Shown: piece after piece, positions 8,559-14,749 of the stretch
Layout: every line of letters starts with the position of its first letter
How positions within the stretch are numbered: the stretch's first letter is position 1
IMG/VR virus record: IMGVR_UViG_3300030376_003536
Coordinates: 1 to 44,682 of that record
Strand: one strand, 5' to 3'
DNA length: 44,682 nucleotides
DNA from: a virus
Taxonomy: Duplodnaviria > Caudoviricetes
Program-made: the position numbers and the translations under genes
The notes under the pieces: generated by a model
What the model was told of the DNA's origin: nothing
Databases searched by the model: none
What the model saw: only the letters and a program-made list of their open reading frames with translations

Positions 8559-9479
8559 AGAGGCTATACACAACCCTAATAAGCTTCCCCTACTGACACT
8601 TGTTGCAAACTCGTGGTAGGTTTATCGCTTACCTTGTACTCAACTATCATTTCATATATAGTATCTTCCAATGGTGGCTAATGTCATGACGTTAACGAAT
8701 GTTAATGTGCATAACCTCTTATAATTTACCAGACTCTCCCATAACACGTGACGTGGATAGTGTGGGTATCAACAGCTGTCTAACACAGAGTCTGGCTTTT
8801 TACAGTAAATATAAACCCCTTCTACTTATCAACTTACCTGTCAAAAATGATAATCCAATATGAAAGGAGCGTGGTAAGGATTTGTTTCAAAGGGGTTTTA
8901 ATATTTTATGATGTGTGGTTTCTCGGTCTATTTTCACTCACATAGTTTTTTTATACTAGACTCATCATTATTTCAACGTAAATAAAATTTGCTCTGTTTT
9001 GGTGTCAAGGTACAGAGCAAACCTTGTTTGAGTAACAGTATGTAAGTCTTACAACTTACCATTGTTCTCGTTGTTATACGCTGTCTGACTGATTAGTTAA
9101 TTACGCTAATCCAAGATGATAATTACGGGTTCTATGACTCTGCTGTTTCATCTTGACTTATGCAGATTGTGGTACCAAAACAGGCATGAACACTGGTAAT
9201 TATGATTGCTTGCGACAGTTTGATATTGCTGGGATGAAGGATTCGCATAGTACTATACTACTACCTTGCAGAGCCAGAATATATCACATATAAAAAAGAC
9301 AGTTAGATCCGTTTAATTTCGTAGCTTGTTCTTGGTACGCTTTGCTGTAGGTTATTGTGGCTGTGAGCTTTTTGGCGAACTATAATATTGAGCGAAGCAC
9401 ATCTTTTATAATAAATGTGGTGCCTTTTTACAGACACCACATACTCTGGACAATTTAATGTGGAGTGAACATTTCCACA
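8559..9479 (-). ncRNA. Candidate structured ncRNA or array of hairpin-bounded small RNAs
   Basis: About 920 bp with no ORF of 60 aa or more, holding at least nine consecutive non-overlapping inverted repeats. Most stem mismatches resolve as G-U on the minus strand. Confidence 0.6.
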
Positions 9480-9505
9480 ACCTTTACAGGCTTATCTACT
9501 CTTTA

Positions 9506-9847
9506 TTATGAATCAGTACCAACTACCATATAGCGTAGGGTATTATTCTTGCATTCTCTTTCAGTCTTCAGATTTAACATGAACTTATCTTTAAGTAACT
9601 CATTAAGTGTAGTAGAAAGAACCTCTTCTTTGTCTTCTACATCTTTGATGAACATGTTAACTATGTATCCGTCATCTATCGAATCAGCAATTTCATTTTT
9701 ACTGATTGGGTTATCAGTCCAAGTTCCGTCTACCTGTTTGCTACGATTAAACCATACAGGATTATTAGCTCGCTTTGAATCACGTGCTACTACTAAAGAG
9801 TCTATTTCTTTAGCATATTCTTTTAGTATTGATGTTATTGATTTCAT
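9506..9847 (-). CDS. Hypothetical early protein (start MKSITSI)
   Basis: AGGAG RBS before the ATG at 9847. Confidence 0.75.
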   Translation of the reverse strand: MKSITSILKEYAKEIDSLVVARDSKRANNPVWFNRSKQVDGTWTDNPISKNEIADSIDDGYIVNMFIKDVEDKEEVLSTTLNELLKDKFMLNLKTERECKNNTLRYMVVGTDS

Positions 9848-9909
9848 TCTGTTATCTCCTAACTTTGTATTTAACTCATACATTGTGTATAAGCTATAAA
9901 TAAAAAATA

Positions 9910-10067
9910 CAGTATATGAGGATAATAGATAGGGATTGCGATTAGCAATACATTTTTAAAGTAAAGGGTGCGTAAAGCACACATTATAATATAAATATAC
10001 TGGGTGAGGCTACTAGCATATTAGGGAGCTAGTAGACTCACACAAATAGAGGAGAGCGAAGCTCTCC
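9910..10067 (-). ncRNA. Second cluster of three intergenic hairpins
   Basis: Inverted repeats at 9910-9917/9995-10002, 10005-10017/10028-10040 and 10051-10067. Confidence 0.45.
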
Positions 10068-10071
10068 GAGA

Positions 10072-10263
10072 CTAAGATTGCATCTTATTGAATTTATCTA
10101 ATTCTTTAAGTTCTTTCTCAAGTTCTTTAACCTTGAACTCAAGACCTGTAACTTTGAATTTTAATTCCCAGATTGCATCTGTTTTCTTCAGTATTGACTT
10201 AGTTTGAATACGAGACAATTTACGATATTGTCTTACTTTTCTTTCTAGTTCTTCTTTATTCAT
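10072..10263 (-). CDS. Small coiled-coil early protein
   Basis: GGAG RBS and heptad-like LEFKVKELEKELKEL. Confidence 0.7.
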   Translation of the reverse strand: MNKEELERKVRQYRKLSRIQTKSILKKTDAIWELKFKVTGLEFKVKELEKELKELDKFNKMQS

Positions 10264-10300
10264 TATTTACACTCCGTTGTTAATTAAGAAATAAATTTTA

Positions 10301-10337
10301 CCCCCTCAACTCCATTAGGAGAAATTTTACGAGGGGG
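10301..10337 (-). terminator. Intergenic hairpin
   Basis: CCCCCTC/GAGGGGG stem with an inner CTCC/GGAG stem. Confidence 0.5.
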
Positions 10338-10345
10338 ATTTTGTA

Positions 10346-10519
10346 TTACTGAGTAAACTCTACAGATTGAATAGCACTATTCTGTGCAAATCTATGAGTT
10401 GCCTCGTCACGAGCCAGTTCTTTAGTACTGAACTGGTTTCTATTCACTAACTCAACGGAGCCTGAGTTCAAATCTTGAAATTTGTAATATAAGCTCCGTT
10501 CACTTATGCATACTATCAT
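10346..10519 (-). CDS. Small early protein (start MIVCISE)
   Basis: GGAGG lies 5 nt before the ATG at 10519. Confidence 0.65.
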   Translation of the reverse strand: MIVCISERSLYYKFQDLNSGSVELVNRNQFSTKELARDEATHRFAQNSAIQSVEFTQ

Positions 10520-10537
10520 GATTACCTCCATGTTTAT

Positions 10538-10548
10538 TCAAAGATAAA
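10538..10548 (-). promoter_or_regulatory. Conserved early motif TTTATCTTTGA
   Basis: Identical 11-mer at 10538, 10916 and 11423, each upstream of an RBS. Confidence 0.6.
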
Positions 10549-10565
10549 AAAGATTATAGGATATT

Positions 10566-10589
10566 GAGGGGCATTTAAAAACACCCCTC
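10566..10589 (-). terminator. Hairpin after the gene at 10595-10888
   Basis: 10 bp stem with two G-U pairs on the minus strand. Confidence 0.6.
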
Positions 10590-10594
10590 TAATA

Positions 10595-10888
10595 TTACTT
10601 AGCAAAGTACTTGAAAGGGAACGATTGAAAAAATTCATCGAACTCTTTACAGTCTAACTTTGCTTGAGCCAGCATATAAGGATACACATGTCTCTCATAT
10701 TGGTCATACCATGTACCTGTAACAGGGTCATGCTCACCATGAGGATGTGTTTCCATACGCTTTACATCAAACTCAAGAGACTCTTTCATTTGATATACTG
10801 CTTTTATTTTATCTACAAGTATATACAACATATACAATAGATTGAGACTTACAAAGCCTAAAAATACTATGACAATTAACTCTAACAT
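10595..10888 (-). CDS. Early membrane-anchored protein
   Basis: N-terminal hydrophobic helix and GGAGG RBS. Confidence 0.75.
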   Translation of the reverse strand: MLELIVIVFLGFVSLNLLYMLYILVDKIKAVYQMKESLEFDVKRMETHPHGEHDPVTGTWYDQYERHVYPYMLAQAKLDCKEFDEFFQSFPFKYFAK

Positions 10889-10915
10889 TGATTGTTCCTC
10901 CGTTGTTCTAGATTA

Positions 10916-10926
10916 TCAAAGATAAA
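10916..10926 (-). promoter_or_regulatory. Conserved early motif TTTATCTTTGA
   Basis: 27 nt upstream of the ATG at 10888. Confidence 0.6.
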
Positions 10927-10952
10927 AAAGGGAGATGTACAAGACACCTCCC
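10924..10952 (-). terminator. Intrinsic terminator
   Basis: gggaggtgt-cttgt-acatctccc followed by U6. Confidence 0.75.
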
Positions 10953-10966
10953 AATTTCACTACGTG

Positions 10967-11155
10967 TTACGAATCACAAGATGGACAACCATCATGATGA
11001 CCATGCAACTCCTCGGAACACATTTCACGCTTACCAATTTTGATTGCTGTCAAAACGCCAGCAGATGCATAAGTGTAAGCTACCCTTGCACCAGCACCAG
11101 CAAGAACTGATGTGCCTACAAGGAAATACCCAGTATTTTGAAGTAATTTATTCAT
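10967..11155 (-). CDS. Small early membrane protein with a Cys/His-rich C-terminus
   Basis: Hydrophobic N-terminal half, C...HGHH.GCPSC and an AGGAG RBS. Confidence 0.7.
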   Translation of the reverse strand: MNKLLQNTGYFLVGTSVLAGAGARVAYTYASAGVLTAIKIGKREMCSEELHGHHDGCPSCDS

Positions 11156-11183
11156 TTGATTAATCTCCTAAGTTATGTGAATA

Positions 11184-11194
11184 TCATAAATAAA
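11184..11194 (-). promoter_or_regulatory. Variant early motif TTTATTTATGA
   Basis: 9/11 match to the motif, 28 nt upstream of the ATG at 11155. Confidence 0.45.
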
Positions 11195-11223
11195 AAAAGA
11201 GCCAAGCAAACGCCTGACTCTTT
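11192..11223 (-). terminator. Intrinsic terminator
   Basis: aaagagtcaggc-gttt-gcttggctcttt with a U-run and two G-U pairs. Confidence 0.75.
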
Positions 11224-11227
11224 AATT

Positions 11228-11395
11228 TCATTTCTTGATTACACCTTTAACTTGATTATATGTATCTTTGATAAACTCCTTATCTTCTGGTAAAGTATCT
11301 ACAACATACTTACCAGCTTTATACGAAACATACCCTACTGTTGCTACTGCTCCAAGAGCAATATACAGCGTGTCTTTTACTAAAGTTTTAAACAT
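11228..11395 (-). CDS. First early gene: 55 aa membrane peptide (MFKTLVKDTLYIALGAVATVGYVSYKAG...), not in the ORF track
   Basis: TAAGGAG RBS and one hydrophobic helix, followed by a terminator. Confidence 0.7.
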   Translation of the reverse strand: MFKTLVKDTLYIALGAVATVGYVSYKAGKYVVDTLPEDKEFIKDTYNQVKGVIKK

Positions 11396-11422
11396 AAGAA
11401 CTCCTTATTTTAGTGAACTAAT

Positions 11423-11433
11423 TCAAAGATAAA
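11423..11433 (-). promoter_or_regulatory. Conserved early motif TTTATCTTTGA at the head of the leftward arm
   Basis: 27 nt upstream of the ATG at 11395, with no terminator hairpin in front of it. Confidence 0.6.
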
Positions 11434-11469
11434 GAACCTTTGAAACATATGAGGAAGTTTTCAACTGAA

Positions 11470-11760
11470 GTCTAACGACCTCACAAATGAGTACAAGTAC
11501 TCTCTCTATGTGTAAGGATTATATATACATAGCTGGGGGCATGTACATATACAGGGCAGGTACAAGTACCTCTACGACTGCGGCATTGCTGAAGGCAATG
11601 GGGGTCGTGAGCTGTACGTTGGGTGGGTATGATAACGAGTTGATAAAGAACGAGTTGCGGCAGCAACACCTTAACTCAATCTTTGAACTCAACCAAATCA
11701 ACCCCCTGCACCCCAACTAACGTGGGGGTAGGTAACGTAATACACCTCCCACTCCCAGTC
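11470..11760. other. GC-richer divergence region with short repeats (candidate packaging terminus or origin)
   Basis: GTACAAGTAC x2, AACGAGTTG x2, AACTCAA x2, G/C runs and a hairpin at 11575-11608, between the two divergent arms. Confidence 0.4.
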
Positions 11761-11784
11761 TTGTTCTTGTTCTGTAAGAGTATT

Positions 11785-11813
11785 GGAACATAATACTTAA
11801 ATTGAATGTTGAA
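11785..11813 (+). promoter_or_regulatory. Candidate ECF-sigma-like late promoter GGAAC-N18-GTTGAA
   Basis: Same boxes and spacing as 14702-14730, at the start of the late arm. Confidence 0.55.
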
Positions 11814-11846
11814 ATAACATAAAGTTTTACTTTAAATTAAAAAGAC

Positions 11847-12047
11847 ATGACTAGTAAAAAACGAGATTACGAAGTATTTAACATGATTACAGGTACATGG
11901 GAGAAATCTACCATGACTGAAGCTGACTATCAGAAGCTTATGGATAGGATGGACACCGATGCAGAAGAGCTAGAAGCTGAATTTAAGATTATATCCAAGA
12001 TTATAGAACAAAAGCAAGGATATAAGCCTGATGAGAGTATGGATTAA
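11847..12047 (+). CDS. Hypothetical protein
   Basis: First ORF of the plus arm. Confidence 0.65.
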   Translation: MTSKKRDYEVFNMITGTWEKSTMTEADYQKLMDRMDTDAEELEAEFKIISKIIEQKQGYKPDESMD

Positions 12048-12049
12048 AG

Positions 12050-12110
12050 TATATAATATATTATATAAGTTACTTATATAGTAACAGTTACTAATTAGTA
12101 ACAGTTACTA
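12050..12110. repeat. Tandem palindrome array
   Basis: TATATAATATATTATATA (12050-12067), TATATAAGTTACTTATATA (12062-12080) and TAGTAACAGTTACTA x2 (12079-12093, 12096-12110). Confidence 0.85.
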
Positions 12111-12117
12111 GTAAAAC

Positions 12118-12897
12118 ATGATAAAAATAAAACGAAGAATTAATAGAAAAACATCAGAATACTCTATTTATACGAAAAAAGAGGCTGATAATAAAAATAT
12201 TAAATATTTATACTGGAAAGAGTGCAATACTGGAGATTGGGGATTAACAGACGATGATTATGTTAGTGAATGTGTGTCTAAAAAGGATTACACAGACAAG
12301 AATGGCAATACGAAGACATTTATTAAGCTAACATGTGGAGTAGGATGGGGCAGTTCGTTTTCTAAAATAAAATTTGAATTAAATCACGCATATGAGTGTT
12401 ATTCTAAGACTAATCCTACAAAAGATTGGAAAGAACAAGAGATAAACACTACAAGAGCAAAGAATACAATTAATACCTATGCTAATATGCTATTATCTGG
12501 AGATAAAGTGGATTTTGATAAACTAGGACAGGTATATAGACCTGACCAAAAGATCCCTGCGGCAACAGTAAGAAGATTTTTAAAACAAAAGGTATCTAAA
12601 GACATGGTAGAACAAAAATTAAAAGAATTACTCTCTGAAAAGAGTATTAACAAAGAATTTGCATTAGATAACCTGCTTAGAGCATTGCATATGGCAGAAG
12701 GTAAGGGTGATGTAAACAATTTTCTAAAAGCAAACGATGCAATAATGGATTTACTAGAGATGAAACCTAGTAAGAAAGTATTAACAGATACAGTTCAGAT
12801 AGATGTTACTAAACAGATAGCTGATACTATAGCAACGGAGGAGAATAAACTAACATTACAAAGAAAAGAGGAAACAAATGAGCAACCTGACTCCTGA
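12118..12897 (+). CDS. terS: Putative terminase small subunit
   Basis: Upstream of TerL. The C-terminal helical pattern (ALHMAEGKGDVNNFLKANDAIMDLL) resembles TerS oligomerisation helices. Confidence 0.55.
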   Translation: MIKIKRRINRKTSEYSIYTKKEADNKNIKYLYWKECNTGDWGLTDDDYVSECVSKKDYTDKNGNTKTFIKLTCGVGWGSSFSKIKFELNHAYECYSKTNPTKDWKEQEINTTRAKNTINTYANMLLSGDKVDFDKLGQVYRPDQKIPAATVRRFLKQKVSKDMVEQKLKELLSEKSINKEFALDNLLRALHMAEGKGDVNNFLKANDAIMDLLEMKPSKKVLTDTVQIDVTKQIADTIATEENKLTLQRKEETNEQPDS

Positions 12898-13078
12898 TGA
12901 AGATTATGAGCATGTTAATGCTAATATCATGGAAGACCAGCTAGAAGTAGCTATTAGAGCTTTACATGTTATTGCGGCTATGCCTTCATCTGACCCTGAG
13001 TTTCTTTCTTCCGTAGCAATTGATGCTTTGAGAGAAATGGAAACATATGGAATGATGTGGCATGATGATATATATTAA
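12878..13078 (+). CDS. Small acidic hypothetical protein
   Basis: GAGG RBS in an overlapping operon. Confidence 0.65.
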   Translation: MSNLTPDEDYEHVNANIMEDQLEVAIRALHVIAAMPSSDPEFLSSVAIDALREMETYGMMWHDDIY

Positions 13079-13239
13079 TGTTTTCATTCTGTCCTATTAT
13101 AGATAGAACTTGTGCATTTGCTACAGATTGTAATAACCATAAACATTGTGGTATAAAAACAGGTAGCTATGAAGAAACAAAAATACATAATATAACAAAA
13201 TGCCCTAAACCAAAGAAAAAGAAACGTGGCAGAAGATAA
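13078..13239 (+). CDS. Small Cys-rich basic protein (53 aa, MFSFCPIIDRTC...KKKKRGRR), not in the ORF track
   Basis: TAATG coupling and five Cys. It fills the gap to TerL. Confidence 0.6.
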   Translation: MFSFCPIIDRTCAFATDCNNHKHCGIKTGSYEETKIHNITKCPKPKKKKRGRR

Positions 13240-14698
13240 AAAATTAGTTTTTAATAAATTAAAGAAGAACATGATAATGTTTGGTAAGATTATAATGCCA
13301 AATATGTTTACAGTTCCTTCACCAGATTTTCATTATAAGATTGCTGATGCTTTACTTGATAATGCCTCCAAGCAAGTAAACATCATTGCCCCTCGTGGTC
13401 ATGCTAAATCCTCCATTGTGGGTGGTGTCTACCCTTTATACCACCTTATGCATCACGAGGGGAGTAAATTAATAGTCTTAGTATCCAGAACTCAAGACCA
13501 TGCTATAAAACTATTAGGAACAATAAAAGATGTTCTTGAGTATAGCGAAACATTTAGAGCTATCTATGGATACTGGGGTCAACACAATGCTAAACAATGG
13601 GCAAAATCTGAAGTAGAACTAAAAGATGGTTCTATGATAATATGTAAAGGTACAGGTCAACAGCTTAGAGGTATTAAAGTAGGGAGTCAAAGACCTACAT
13701 TAATTATTGTAGATGACCCAGAAGATGAGAATAATACTAAGACTGCTGAAGCTATGGAGCAAAACCTTAGATGGTTATTGCAATCAGCAGTTCCTTCATT
13801 AGACCCTACTAAAGGTAGAATAATAGTTATTGGTACTCCGCAGCATCAACGCTGCTTAGTAGAAATATTAAAACAAATGAAGGGATGGGTAAATATGCAT
13901 TTTAGTCCAGATATGGACAAAGAAGTAGCTTTATGGGAAGAATGGCAACCTATAAAAAAATTAAAACAAAAAAAAGAAGAACTAGAGTCTATAGCAAGAG
14001 TAAGTGTATTCTACAGAGAATATCTATGTCAAATAGTTGGAGATGAAGACCAGCTATTTAAAGAAGAGTATATACAATATCATAATTATAAATTAGAAAT
14101 AGATAGTGATAACCAACATTATTTAAAATCTAAAAATGAAAAAATACCAGTAAACGTCTTTATGGGGGTTGACCCTGCATCCTCAATACGCAAAACAGCT
14201 GACTATAGTGTAATTATGCCTATAGCAGTTGATAACAAAAACAACAGGTATGTTCTAGAATACTACCGCAAAAGAGCAACCCCTATGAATTTAGCAGAAA
14301 GCATCATAGAGTATTTTAAACTATACAAACCTGTAAAAGTACGTATTGAGTCTGTAGGCTATCAAGAGATGTTACGAGAATATTTAAGACAAAGAACAGA
14401 AGAGGAGAATCTATTTATTAGTGGATTAGAAATAAAAGAAGCTCCAAGAACTAGTAAATCATCTAGACTTGAAACAATGGAACCTTACTTTGCACAAAAG
14501 AAAGTATATATTAAAAAAGAACAACTATCGTTAAAAGATGAGTTATTATTATATCCTAGAGGTAAGCATGATGATTTATTAGATGGATTATACTATGCTA
14601 TGAAAAAATGTTATACTCCAAGCCATGTTGTAGAAAACAAAGAAAAACAATCCAGCAGCAAGTCTGCTGCAAACAATTATGATTGGAAGACATCTTAA
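13226..14698 (+). CDS. terL: Terminase large subunit
   Basis: Walker A APRGHAKS, Walker B IIVDD, coupling motif GTP, and nuclease motifs GVDPA and HDDLLD. Confidence 0.95.
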   Translation: MAEDKKLVFNKLKKNMIMFGKIIMPNMFTVPSPDFHYKIADALLDNASKQVNIIAPRGHAKSSIVGGVYPLYHLMHHEGSKLIVLVSRTQDHAIKLLGTIKDVLEYSETFRAIYGYWGQHNAKQWAKSEVELKDGSMIICKGTGQQLRGIKVGSQRPTLIIVDDPEDENNTKTAEAMEQNLRWLLQSAVPSLDPTKGRIIVIGTPQHQRCLVEILKQMKGWVNMHFSPDMDKEVALWEEWQPIKKLKQKKEELESIARVSVFYREYLCQIVGDEDQLFKEEYIQYHNYKLEIDSDNQHYLKSKNEKIPVNVFMGVDPASSIRKTADYSVIMPIAVDNKNNRYVLEYYRKRATPMNLAESIIEYFKLYKPVKVRIESVGYQEMLREYLRQRTEEENLFISGLEIKEAPRTSKSSRLETMEPYFAQKKVYIKKEQLSLKDELLLYPRGKHDDLLDGLYYAMKKCYTPSHVVENKEKQSSSKSAANNYDWKTS

Positions 14699-14701
14699 TT
14701 T

Positions 14702-14730
14702 GGAACTTTTTATATATTAATCTAGTTTAA
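14702..14730 (+). promoter_or_regulatory. Candidate ECF-sigma-like late promoter GGAAC-N18-GTTTAA
   Basis: Intergenic, just before the portal gene, and matches 11785-11813. Confidence 0.55.
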
Positions 14731-14749
14731 CTAACTAAAACCTAACTCT

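Noticed and set aside
8559-9479. CRISPR mini-array or tRNA/tmRNA cluster
   Set aside because: There are no repeated direct-repeat units, and I found no T-loop GTTCRA or cloverleaf on either strand.
11264-11271. Other ATCTTTGA copies inside CDSs (e.g. 4041, 9641, 11264)
   Set aside because: A few copies of this AT-rich 8-mer are expected by chance. Only the intergenic 11-mers at similar distance from start codons were kept.
11481-11720. Three overlapping ORFs (11487-11720 +, 11481-11669 -, 11519-11716 -)
   Set aside because: They have no SD, atypical composition and repeat-derived sequence, and lie upstream of the candidate promoters. They probably stay open because of higher GC.
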